Of a DNA stretch of 64,000 nt, positions 9,181 to 18,672 are shown one piece after another. Under the pieces are notes generated by a model. That model searched no databases and had not been told where the DNA came from. It saw nothing but the letters and a program-made list of their open reading frames with translations. Every line of letters starts with the position of its first letter. The stretch's first letter is position 1. Location: positions 607,868 through 671,867 of the forward strand of contig CAVSAQ010000002.1 of the NCBI GenBank assembly GCA_963726075.1, read 5' to 3'. The stretch is from an uncultured Acidobacteriota bacterium. Its GTDB lineage: Bacteria; Acidobacteriota; Blastocatellia; Pyrinomonadales; Pyrinomonadaceae. A program made the position numbers and the translations under genes.

Positions 9181-10047
9181 ATGCGTAGAAGATTACTCCC
9201 GCTTCTTGCTCTAATAGTAGCAATCCTTTTTCTTGGAGCCTGCAAAAGCAGCACCGACATGGCACCGCAGCAAAGGCTACGTATGACCATGATCCCGACC
9301 ACTGATCCCGGCAAAGTTGTGCGTGAAAGCCAACCCCTTGTGTCCTACCTTGAGAAAGAGACAGGGGCCAAGATCGAGTTAACAGTGCCTACCAACTACG
9401 CGGCTGCGGTTGAGGCGATCGCTTACGATCAAGTGGACATCGCCTACCTGGGTGGCTTTACGTATGTGCAAGCATCGAAACGCGCAGGGGTCTTGCCGCT
9501 TGTCCAACGTGAGCGCGATCAGAACTTTCACAGTGTCTTCATCACTCAGCAGGATTCGAAAATTGCCAGTCTGGATGACCTCAAGGGCCACACATTCGCC
9601 TTCGGCGATGTTAACTCCACTTCGGGGCACCTGATGCCTGAGTACTTCATGCGTGAAGCAAAAGTAGACCCGGACGTCATCGCCCGCGCGATCTACTCAG
9701 GCGGCCACGACGCAACGGCGCTCGCCGTGGCCAATCGGAAAGTCGACGCGGGGGCTTTGGATGAAACTGTATATCAGCGGATGACAAAGGACGGCAAAGT
9801 TGATCCTGCACAGGTTAGGATCTTTTACACTACACCGCCTTTCTACGACTACATCTGGGTTGCGCGAAAGGGGCTCGACCCGAAGCTCGCTGACGCATTC
9901 AGCGCGGCGTTCTTGAAACTCGACGCTAACAACCCGACACACAAACCTATCCTAGATCTGTTGGTCGCGAACAAATACATCAAGGCGGAAGATCGTAATT
10001 ATGACAAACTCCGCCAAGCTGCAAGAGATTCAGGATTGTTAAAGTGA
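9181..10047 (+). CDS. phnD: phosphonate/phosphite ABC transporter substrate-binding lipoprotein
   Basis: Lipoprotein signal (LFLGAC), PhnD-like motifs (YLGGFTYV, TSGHLMP); RBS AAAGGAG before ATG 9181. Confidence 0.8.
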   Translation: MRRRLLPLLALIVAILFLGACKSSTDMAPQQRLRMTMIPTTDPGKVVRESQPLVSYLEKETGAKIELTVPTNYAAAVEAIAYDQVDIAYLGGFTYVQASKRAGVLPLVQRERDQNFHSVFITQQDSKIASLDDLKGHTFAFGDVNSTSGHLMPEYFMREAKVDPDVIARAIYSGGHDATALAVANRKVDAGALDETVYQRMTKDGKVDPAQVRIFYTTPPFYDYIWVARKGLDPKLADAFSAAFLKLDANNPTHKPILDLLVANKYIKAEDRNYDKLRQAARDSGLLK

Positions 10048-10886
10048 TCTATTCGCTCCAGGACGTTAGTAAGACTTATTCGACGTCACGTGCAGTAGTG
10101 CACGCGCTCGATGGATTTACGTTCGATGCTGAGCCGGGCGAACGCATTGCACTCCTCGGCCCTTCAGGCGCCGGTAAGACCACGCTTTTTCGTTTGCTCA
10201 ACGCCACGTTGCGTCCCACAAGCGGCAGTCTGCGTTTCGACAGCACGGATGTGAGTGCCATGTCGGGGCGCGAACTGCGGTCTATGCGCCGACGGATTGG
10301 TACGATTTACCAGCAATACTACCTTGTTCCATCCCTGTCCGTGCTTGAAAACACCCTATGTGGCAGGCTTGGTTACTGGTCATTTCTTCATACGATTCGC
10401 AGTGCTATGCAACCTGCGAAGGAAGAACGGGAACAGGCAATGGCGGCTCTGGAAGCGGTCGGTCTCGCGGACAAGCAATGCTGTCGCGCTGACGAACTTT
10501 CAGGAGGTCAGCAGCAACGCCTCGCCATTGCTCGTGTCCTCATGCAGGATCCGGAAGTGATCCTGGCGGATGAGCCGTTCGCCTCGCTGGACCCCAGTTT
10601 AAAGGAAACGCTGGCCTCGCTGCTTCTTGTCCTCGTTACTAATAGCAAGCGGACTTTGGTTGCGACCTTGCACGATGTCGAAACGGCATTGCGATTTTTT
10701 CCGCGCATAATTGCGTTGCGCGAGGGGCGCGTTGCATTCGATAAGCCAGCTTCTGAAGTCGATCGCCCAACGCTCGAGGCGCTCTACTCCGACAACTCAG
10801 AACCGAGTAAGGCTGCGCCTGAGGTTAGTAAAACGCAGGTAGCCGAGAATATTGAGCCCAAATGTGCACCAGTCTGCACGCCGTAG
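10044..10886 (+). CDS. phnC: phosphonate ABC transporter ATP-binding protein
   Basis: Walker A GPSGAGKTT, signature LSGGQQQR, Walker B ILADEP; start overlaps phnD stop. Confidence 0.85.
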   Translation: MIYSLQDVSKTYSTSRAVVHALDGFTFDAEPGERIALLGPSGAGKTTLFRLLNATLRPTSGSLRFDSTDVSAMSGRELRSMRRRIGTIYQQYYLVPSLSVLENTLCGRLGYWSFLHTIRSAMQPAKEEREQAMAALEAVGLADKQCCRADELSGGQQQRLAIARVLMQDPEVILADEPFASLDPSLKETLASLLLVLVTNSKRTLVATLHDVETALRFFPRIIALREGRVAFDKPASEVDRPTLEALYSDNSEPSKAAPEVSKTQVAENIEPKCAPVCTP

Positions 10887-12690
10887 CAATGAGTACTTCA
10901 CGCACCACGATAACTTGATTAGTGCTCGCCGCCTTACCGCGGCGATTGCGTTCAGCGTAGTACTCATCCTCTGCTGGCGCTTTGCTGAAATACGCCCCAC
11001 CGCTTTTTTTGAGCCCGGCGCAGCGGCGGGTGTGTGGAAATTCGTTCGCGCTCTTTTTCCACCAGATCTATCTCCCAGCTTCCTTCGAATTGTCGCGGCG
11101 GCTACGCTGCAAACCCTCGCTATAGCTATTGCCGGCACCGCGCTTTCGGTTGTCATCGGTCTTCCGCTTGCTTTCCTGGCCACGCCCACCTTGTGGCAAC
11201 GCGGCGTCCTGGTCGCAGGAGATCCACCCAGCGCAGCTCGATTCTTCTTGTCTGGGGTTAGTCGCGTGACGCGTGCACTGTTTGGTTTTTTGCGTGCAGT
11301 GCCCGATCTGATGTGGGGATTACTGTTCGTGGTAGCTGTCGGACTTGGCTCAGTTGCTGGAACGCTCGCCCTTGCCGTCAGCTATGGCGGCGTGCTTGGA
11401 CGAGTTTATGCGGATGTATTCGAAGATGTTGATCCTCGCGCGCTTGAGGCCTTGCATGGAGTTGGCGCTACACGTTTTCAAGTGTTCCTGCGCGCGATTT
11501 GGCCTCAGGCGGTTCCTAGCGTTACCGGATACACGATTTATTCATTCGAGTGTTGCGTGCGTGCTGCTTCAGTCCTGGGTTTTATCGGCGCCGGCGGCAT
11601 CGGCTACGAGATCAATCTCTCCATGAGAATGTTCAATTACGGCGAGGTATTGACGCTCGTCACCAGCCTGCTTGTGTTGGTTGCCGGCACAGATGCAGTA
11701 AGCCGGTTCGTGCGCCGCCGCTTGAACGCCAATGTTCCAGCAGCTTTCTTAGCTCGTAGGGAGATACGAGGCGCGCGCATTCTATTCCGGCGGCCGATTT
11801 GGTCCAGGCGTTCGCCAAGCGGAATCGTAACTTTTACAGCTCTCCTTGTAGTTGGTTGGAGCTTCTACGCAACGGGTTTCTTCAGTAGTGGTTTACTTGA
11901 CCTTGGGCTGCCGAGTCGAGTCGTCAGACTTGTTGGAGAAATGTTCCCTCCGGATCTTGACCTTGATTTTCTGAGGTCATTGCTTTTCCCTCTTCTTCAA
12001 ACGATAGGAATCTCGGTAATTGGCACCTTGATGGGAATTGTCATCAGCGTTGGCTTGTCTCTCCCTGCTGCGTCAACACTGATCTTTAGTGACAGGGACT
12101 CTGCCGGCAGGAGGTCATGGTTCGGCCAGGCAACGCGCTGGGCGATCTATTTTTCGGCGCGACTGATGCTCAACGTCCTCCGCTCGATCCCGGAACTGGT
12201 TTGGGTTCTCGTTTGTATTATCGCTGTAGGTTTAGGGCCATTTGCGGGCACGCTGGCAATCGGTCTGCACACAGGTGGCGTACTCGGCAAACTCTATGCA
12301 GAGACGCTCGAAGAAGTTCCTTCCCGACCAATTGAAGCTTTACGAGCAAATGGCGCACGGTCACTTCAGATTCTGGTCTGGGGAATTTGGCCATTATTAC
12401 GACCGACGCTGATCAGTTACACCGTCCTTCGTTGGGAGACGAACCTGCGCGTCTCCACGATCCTCGGTTTGGTCGGAGGTGGCGGTCTGGGTCAGGCAAT
12501 CTTCAACAATATTCAGCTCGGGTTCTACCAACGCATCGCGGTACTAATTGCGATCATATATGCCCTGGTCCTGACAACTAACTGGATTGGGGATCGGATG
12601 CGGCGGCGCCCTGCTTCCTTCGATTGGAAGTTTCAAAACGTGGGACGTCGGTTTCGAATTAAAGAACCCCAGCGTCACATGTCCACCTGA
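10852..12690 (+). CDS. phnE: phosphonate ABC transporter permease, fused double PhnE-type domain
   Basis: Two tandem permease halves each with the EA..GA.. loop (LEALHGVGATRFQ and IEALRANGARSLQ). Confidence 0.75.
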   Translation: MSPNVHQSARRSNEYFTHHDNLISARRLTAAIAFSVVLILCWRFAEIRPTAFFEPGAAAGVWKFVRALFPPDLSPSFLRIVAAATLQTLAIAIAGTALSVVIGLPLAFLATPTLWQRGVLVAGDPPSAARFFLSGVSRVTRALFGFLRAVPDLMWGLLFVVAVGLGSVAGTLALAVSYGGVLGRVYADVFEDVDPRALEALHGVGATRFQVFLRAIWPQAVPSVTGYTIYSFECCVRAASVLGFIGAGGIGYEINLSMRMFNYGEVLTLVTSLLVLVAGTDAVSRFVRRRLNANVPAAFLARREIRGARILFRRPIWSRRSPSGIVTFTALLVVGWSFYATGFFSSGLLDLGLPSRVVRLVGEMFPPDLDLDFLRSLLFPLLQTIGISVIGTLMGIVISVGLSLPAASTLIFSDRDSAGRRSWFGQATRWAIYFSARLMLNVLRSIPELVWVLVCIIAVGLGPFAGTLAIGLHTGGVLGKLYAETLEEVPSRPIEALRANGARSLQILVWGIWPLLRPTLISYTVLRWETNLRVSTILGLVGGGGLGQAIFNNIQLGFYQRIAVLIAIIYALVLTTNWIGDRMRRRPASFDWKFQNVGRRFRIKEPQRHMST

Positions 12691-12710
12691 AAGATTACTG
12701 ATCGGGTGAA

Positions 12711-12726
12711 GTGTCAGAAAGACCAG
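12711..12726. promoter_or_regulatory. degenerate CTGTCA-N4-TGACAG-type palindrome
   Basis: GTGTCAGAAAGACCAG, upstream of porin 12854; weakest copy, no TAnnnT at the usual spacing. Confidence 0.25.
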
Positions 12727-12853
12727 TGTAAGTATTCCCAGGGTTGGCAACAGTCAACCCACTTAACTTAACTCGGAAGAAAGTCGGAGAATGCTATCCG
12801 CGCATACAGCGGACGGCTTCGCTTGACTTGAGAGAAAGTGAGGCACCTCAACC

Positions 12854-14356
12854 ATGAAACGCACACTCTTATTAGCAACCCTACTCTTCGTTGTAGGAGC
12901 TTTTGCCACGATCGGGTCGGCGCAAACGGCTGAACAGAACTCAACTGCCAAGACGCGCTCTAACCTGACTGCTTCAGATTCAAACCCTACTAAAGTCTCA
13001 AGCGTCGACAATGGCGGCGGCATGCCGTCTGAGGTTGAGGCTCTGAAAAGTCGAATCGAGGAGCTAGAAAAACAAAACCGCACCGTTTTGGAAATGCTGA
13101 CAAGGGTTCAAACACAGCTAGAAACTATGAATCGCTCAACAACCGATGGCAATCGGTCAGCATCATCGGCTTCTCCTCCGGCACCGACAGCCGAAGCTGC
13201 GACCGTTAACAGCCAACCTGCTGCCACTAACAAAAACCAACCTGTTAGTTGGGGAGAGTTGATTAGTGAAGGCAACAAGATCAAATTGTATGGCTTTCTT
13301 AGGCTTGACTTGATTGCTGATTCACAGCGCCCAAACAACGGGCAGGCGATCCTGTTCATTACATCTCCCGACCCGCGGATTGGCACCGACAACGGGAACT
13401 TCACCATACATCCTCGTCTCACGCGCTTGGGAATTGATTGGAATGGCCCGCAAATCGCCAAGTTGGGAAACGCAAAGCTTACGGGCAAGCTGGAGACGGA
13501 TTTTCAAAACGGGGGCACGGAGTCTCGTCAAATTATCCGGATTCGTCACGCGTACCTGCGAATGGATTGGAAGAAGTTTTCAATTCTTGGTGGGCAAACT
13601 TGGGATCTATTCTCGCCTCTTTTTCCTACTGTTAATGGCGATACACTTCAATGGAATGCCGGCAACGTCGGCGATCGGCGACCCCAACTCCGCTTCACGT
13701 ATGAACCACCGGTAGGCCGTGGCAAGTTCTCTCTGGCGGGCGCCGTGGCGCTGATGGGAGCTATTGACTCATTAGATCTTGACGTTAACGGAGTGCGGGA
13801 CGGTGAAGAGTCTGCACGACCGCAGATCCAAGGACGCTTCGGATACTCTCGATCCCTTGGCAAAGATCGGGTGCTGAATTTTGGAATATCCGGAGAGTAC
13901 GGGTATTTGAAGACTGCGCGCGCGATCGTAGGCAGGACGGACTTTCGCAGTCAGATTGTAAATGTTGATTTCACAATTCCTGTTACGAGCCGCTTTGGTT
14001 TCAAAGGTGAAGGTTGGTGGGGTCGTAATATGAGTGACGTTCGCGGCGGTGCTGGCCAGGGAATCAATGTCGCGACTGCGAGTGAGATCAGAGGGAGTGG
14101 CGGTTGGATTGAGATTAACGGAAAAGTGTGGCGTTACTTGACCATAAATCCGGGCTTCTCAATTGATGACCCCGTGGACTTTGACATTCCTGTTGGCGGA
14201 CGCACTCGCAATCGCGCATTCTTTGTTGCGAACCGAATCACGCCCGGAGGAAATTTCGTTATTGGCCTTGACTACCTGCGTTGGCAGACAACTTATAAAG
14301 GTTTCTTGCGGGGGAATGATAACCGAGTGAATTTGTTTCTTCAATACAACTTCTAA
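12854..14356 (+). CDS. outer-membrane porin with N-terminal coiled coil (DcaP-like)
   Basis: Signal peptide, coiled coil (EVEALKSRIEELEKQN), beta-barrel-like body (IRIRHAYLRMDW), C-terminal aromatic YNF. Confidence 0.7.
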   Translation: MKRTLLLATLLFVVGAFATIGSAQTAEQNSTAKTRSNLTASDSNPTKVSSVDNGGGMPSEVEALKSRIEELEKQNRTVLEMLTRVQTQLETMNRSTTDGNRSASSASPPAPTAEAATVNSQPAATNKNQPVSWGELISEGNKIKLYGFLRLDLIADSQRPNNGQAILFITSPDPRIGTDNGNFTIHPRLTRLGIDWNGPQIAKLGNAKLTGKLETDFQNGGTESRQIIRIRHAYLRMDWKKFSILGGQTWDLFSPLFPTVNGDTLQWNAGNVGDRRPQLRFTYEPPVGRGKFSLAGAVALMGAIDSLDLDVNGVRDGEESARPQIQGRFGYSRSLGKDRVLNFGISGEYGYLKTARAIVGRTDFRSQIVNVDFTIPVTSRFGFKGEGWWGRNMSDVRGGAGQGINVATASEIRGSGGWIEINGKVWRYLTINPGFSIDDPVDFDIPVGGRTRNRAFFVANRITPGGNFVIGLDYLRWQTTYKGFLRGNDNRVNLFLQYNF

Positions 14357-14580
14357 GCGGACTACAACGGGCTGCGAGAGCTTCATAAAAACGCTCTATC
14401 GCGTCCGGGCGTGTGGATTGCGTTGGAACGATTTACAGGGTTGTGGCACAAACTTTATTGACGGCATTATTCGAGGGAGATTTAAGCTCACGCGCGTAGC
14501 GCAACCAAAACAATCCGAAATTGACGTTGTCACTAGCTTGGCTGCTCGAAGCCGATAGGGCACGAAAGGAGTCTCCTGTT

Positions 14581-15312
14581 ATGGGCCGCATCCTTGCTTT
14601 TCTCTACGGTGTTGTCAGTTATTTGGTCTTCTTCATCACCTTCCTGTATGCAATAGGTTTCGTCGGAAATGTATTTGTTCCCAAGTCGATCGACTCAGGC
14701 ATGCCTGGTCCGTTCGGTCAGGCACTCGTGATCGACGCGATTCTGCTGGGCCTCTTTGCGATTCCGCATAGCATCATGGCGCGGCCGGGTTTCAAAAACT
14801 GGTGGACGAAAATTGTTCCTCCAGTCGTTGAGCGCAGTACTTACGTTCTCATTTCGAGCCTGCTCTTGGCATTACTTTTCTGGCAATGGCAACCCATCCT
14901 GACCATTATTTGGGACGTGAGGAATCCAATCGGCAGCCTGGTTCTTCAAGGGCTTTTCTGGGCGGGTTGGGCGCTGGTGGTTCTCAGCACATTTCTAATT
15001 AATCACTTCGATCTATTTGGCCTGCGCCAAGTCTATGTGTATCAAGTCGGCAAGCTGTCCGGTGAATCGAAATTCAAGACGCCCAGCTTATACAAGATCG
15101 TTCGTCACCCGCTAATGCTCGGCTTCATCATCGGATTCTGGGCGACACCCAGGATGACATTGGGGCACTTGGTGTTTGCGGTTGCTAATACGGCCTACAT
15201 ACTAATCGCAATTCAATTCGAAGAGCGCGATCTGGTCAACATTCACGGGAATGCTTATGAGGAGTATCGCCGGCGGGTTTCGATGTTGCTGCCGCTGCCA
15301 AAAAAGCGCTGA
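14581..15312 (+). CDS. membrane methyltransferase, ICMT/PEMT-like (MddA-like methanethiol S-methyltransferase family)
   Basis: Multi-TM protein with INHFDLFGLRQV and LYKIVRHPLMLGF motifs typical of this family. Confidence 0.65.
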   Translation: MGRILAFLYGVVSYLVFFITFLYAIGFVGNVFVPKSIDSGMPGPFGQALVIDAILLGLFAIPHSIMARPGFKNWWTKIVPPVVERSTYVLISSLLLALLFWQWQPILTIIWDVRNPIGSLVLQGLFWAGWALVVLSTFLINHFDLFGLRQVYVYQVGKLSGESKFKTPSLYKIVRHPLMLGFIIGFWATPRMTLGHLVFAVANTAYILIAIQFEERDLVNIHGNAYEEYRRRVSMLLPLPKKR

Positions 15313-15345
15313 CCTGTTGGTCGGTGGCTGAGTATTAAGCGGTTT

Positions 15346-15601
15346 CGGCCGAAGGCGTGTTTGAATCTGTGTTGCTGGAGCGAGTTTCATTCCCAACAGT
15401 CAACACGACCACAAATAAGCGTTTCACCAGCCTTCGGGGTTATACAGATTGAGATGTGAAATGACTCCAAACTGGAATCGCGCTTCATAGCGCAGAGGAG
15501 TCAATTCAATGATAAGTAGTACCGATCACAGCAGGGCGTCAAAGAGTCACAGTGAGTTTTCACGCAATCCAGCAACACAGGTTTCAGACACTACCCGGCC
15601 G
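15346..15601. repeat. MITE-like element / long imperfect inverted repeat in selD leader region
   Basis: 34-nt arms 15346..15379 and 15568..15601 (shared CGGCCG...TGAA.CTGTGTTGCTGGA) flank about 190 nt of non-coding sequence. Confidence 0.45.
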
Positions 15602-15700
15602 AATTGTAAGGGGATCGTACTTCCGAAAATTGTTTGACATTACACGGCGAATGGGTGGACTCTTAGTTGTCTAAACTTCGCAGAGGGAGAGGGCAATCTC

Positions 15701-16732
15701 ATGCGTCTCACTGAGATGGTCTCGCGTGCTGGCTGAGCGGCTAAGCTCAGCCCGAGCATACTCGCTCAGGTCTTGAGCGAGCTACCAAGACAGCCATTCA
15801 ACGAGAATCTAATCGTAGGCTTTGAAACAGCCGATGATGCAGGAGTGTATCGTCTCAGAGACGACTTAGCGATTGTGCAGACGCTCGACTTCCTGCCGCC
15901 AATCGTGGACGACCCTCACGACTACGGGCGTATTGCCGCGCTAAATTCAATTAATGATGTTTGGGCTATGGGTGGAACTCCGATTACAGCTATCGCAATC
16001 ACTTGTTTCCCTGAAAATGGTGTCGATCCGGCGATACTCAACGAGATCAACCGTGGCGGTCTTGATACTTTGATGGAGCACGGCATTACTTTGATGGGTG
16101 GTCACAGTGTCCATAACCAGCAAATCATGTTTGGCTATTCAGTAACTGGAGTGATCGATCCGCGAAGAATCGCAACCAACAGTGGGGCGCGTTCGGGCGA
16201 CATCATCGTCCTCACGAAACCGATCGGGACAGGTGTTATCTCAGTGGGTGTCAGAGTCGAAAAAGCGAGTGAAGAAACCGCAGCGGCTTCTTTGTCGACG
16301 ATGTTAATAGCAGGCGATCATGCTGCAGAGCTTATGCGGCAGTTCGATGTTCGCGGAGCTACCGACATTACGGGCTTCGCTTTGATCGGTCACACATGGG
16401 AGATGGCTTGTGCAAGCCGCGTGACTATAGAACTCGATTCGGGTTGTGTGCCGATAATCACCGGAGCGCTGGAGTTGGCCTCGAATGGATTTCTGACGGC
16501 CAGCGACAAAACAAATCGTCAGTACGTCGGTGAAGACATCGTGATTGCTGAATCTGTCAGGCAGGAAATGAGCAATTTGCTATTCGATCCTCAGACGGCT
16601 GGAGGTATGTTGATCTCGATTTCTGCAGATCGCTCGGATGAATTGCTGGGACGTCTCCGCGAAAGGTATCCCCAGGCGACGAAGATTGGACGCGTTCTTG
16701 AGCGTGGCGAGCACTCGATTGTTGTGAAGTGA
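15701..16732 (+). CDS. selD: selenide, water dikinase (selenophosphate synthetase), Sec-containing form (UGA 15734..15736)
   Basis: ATG 15701 gives [29 protein letters not shown] in frame with ORF 15773..16732; UGA sits at the catalytic Cys/Sec of the G(C/U)xxK loop; RBS GGGAGAGGG upstream. Confidence 0.9.
15731..15781 (+). promoter_or_regulatory. candidate SECIS region of selD (two hairpins)
   Basis: GGCTGAGC-GGCTAA-GCTCAGCC (15731..15752, includes the UGA) and CTCGCTCA-GGTCT-TGAGCGAG (15761..15781, perfect 8 bp, GGUCU loop). Confidence 0.55.
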
Positions 16733-16804
16733 GTCGAGGCCTCTGATTCGCAAGCGAAATTAGGTTTCTGTATCGCATTGCTCAGTTGCAGATGGGAAGG
16801 ATTT

Positions 16805-18415
16805 ATGGCTGTCGAGACCCAATCAAGGAAAGCCCTGGCAGAGAATTGTGTTAAATCAAACCTGATTCAACTGTCTCGTCGCAACACTCCTAAACTGAGC
16901 TTTGCAGGAAAAAGAGGCAGCCAAAAGGCGATAAGGGCACTCTTTATTAACCCAGAGTTACCGGTTACCTATTGGGGCTTCCAGCATTCCACTTCATTTG
17001 AAGGTCACCGTTCGGCTTCCCCACCGCTGGGCCTGGTGACGATAGCCGCCATGCTCCCGGGGGATTGGCAGCGACGACTGGTGGATATGAACCTCCGAGC
17101 ACTTGGGACTGCTGACTTGGAATGGGCGGATATTGTGTTCGTCACCGGCATGATTGTCCAAAAGGAATCACTCCATCACGTCGTCGATTTGTGCAAGCAG
17201 TATGGGAAACGTGTAGTAGTTGGCGGACCGTACATTACGACCAGTCCGGAGACTCTCCCGCACGCGGATCACATCTTTCTTGGGGAAGCCGAGACTACCT
17301 TTCCGGAATTCCTGCGCGACCTGAAAGACGGCCAACCGAAACGGATCTACAAGGCGAATGAACGACCGCCACTTTCGCTGGTGCCTTTACCGGACATAAG
17401 CCTCCTTGATCTAAAGCAATACAGCTTCATGTCGTTGCAATACTCGCGCGGCTGCCCCTTCAACTGCGAGTTCTGCGACATCATTGAGATTTACGGTCGC
17501 GTTCCTCGCACCAAGGGAAACGAGCAGGTGATTGCTGAGTTGGACGCACTCCTCCGAGCCGGTTGGTACGGGATAGTCTTCATCGTTGATGACAACTTTA
17601 TCGGCAACAAGCGCAACGTCAAGCGTTTGCTCCCAGATTTGATCGACTGGTCCGAACGACATCACCACCCTTTCTCTTTCGCGACTGAGGCGAGCGTGAA
17701 TCTCGCAGACGACGACGACTTGCTGGAGATGATGCGGCGCGCGGGTTTCCGCCACGTATTTATTGGCATTGAAACACCGGTTGAGGCGTCTCTGAGGGAG
17801 ACACAGAAAAAGCAGAACACGCATCGAGATCTTCTCGAATCAGTCAAGAAAGTTCAGAGCTATGGCATTGAAGTAATGGCAGGTTTTATCGTTGGATTCG
17901 ACAATGATCCTGACGATATTTTCGAGCGCCAAATCAACTTCATAAGGGAAAGCGCCATCCCAATGGCAATCGTCAGTTTATTAACTGCTCTCCCGGAGAC
18001 ACAACTTTGGCGCAGGCTTAACAAGGAGGGAAGGCTTCTCACGGAAAGCACGGGCAATCTTACCGATAGCACGCTAAACTTTGTCCCCAGGATGGACGCG
18101 TCGCGCCTCGTTGATGGGTACAAGATGATTATGCGCACGATCTATAGCCCTGGTGAGTATTACGAGCGTGTCCTTAATTGTCTGGCGCAGCTGCGACGAT
18201 ATAGGCGGGCACCTCGGCGACTCTCACCCGCCGGCGAAATTGCTGCATTGACTCGCGTCGTCGTTAGGCTCGGTATGCGCGGTCACGGGCGGCGCGAGTT
18301 TTGGCGATTCATGAAGCGTGTTTTGGTCTCACATCGCCAAGAGCTACCAAATGCGGTGATGCTGGCCGCAATGGGCCATCACTTCAGAAAGCTTACGGAG
18401 ATATATTGCCGATAA
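16805..18415 (+). CDS. B12-binding-domain radical SAM protein (DUF4070-type C-terminus)
   Basis: N-terminal B12-binding-like region ([13 protein letters not shown]), CxxxCxxC ([13 protein letters not shown]), long C-terminal extension. Confidence 0.85.
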   Translation: MAVETQSRKALAENCVKSNLIQLSRRNTPKLSFAGKRGSQKAIRALFINPELPVTYWGFQHSTSFEGHRSASPPLGLVTIAAMLPGDWQRRLVDMNLRALGTADLEWADIVFVTGMIVQKESLHHVVDLCKQYGKRVVVGGPYITTSPETLPHADHIFLGEAETTFPEFLRDLKDGQPKRIYKANERPPLSLVPLPDISLLDLKQYSFMSLQYSRGCPFNCEFCDIIEIYGRVPRTKGNEQVIAELDALLRAGWYGIVFIVDDNFIGNKRNVKRLLPDLIDWSERHHHPFSFATEASVNLADDDDLLEMMRRAGFRHVFIGIETPVEASLRETQKKQNTHRDLLESVKKVQSYGIEVMAGFIVGFDNDPDDIFERQINFIRESAIPMAIVSLLTALPETQLWRRLNKEGRLLTESTGNLTDSTLNFVPRMDASRLVDGYKMIMRTIYSPGEYYERVLNCLAQLRRYRRAPRRLSPAGEIAALTRVVVRLGMRGHGRREFWRFMKRVLVSHRQELPNAVMLAAMGHHFRKLTEIYCR

Positions 18416-18672
18416 GAAACGGCAAGCTCGTATTCTTTTAGCCTTTCGCGCTAGAACTTATGCAGATCGGTTGAATGATCTGATTGGGACGAGAGCAGCG
18501 AGCGAAATTATCGTCGTCCCAAACGCGAAAAGGCTGATTCCAAATCCTAGTGAACGCTAGATGGTGTAAGCTTCGAGTTATCAAGTAAAAATCCGGCATC
18601 ACCTTTTGAGTTGCGATGCGACTGGCTTTCTTAGCTGGCTGAGGCTAGCTCCTCAGCTGAGATGAAAATCAA

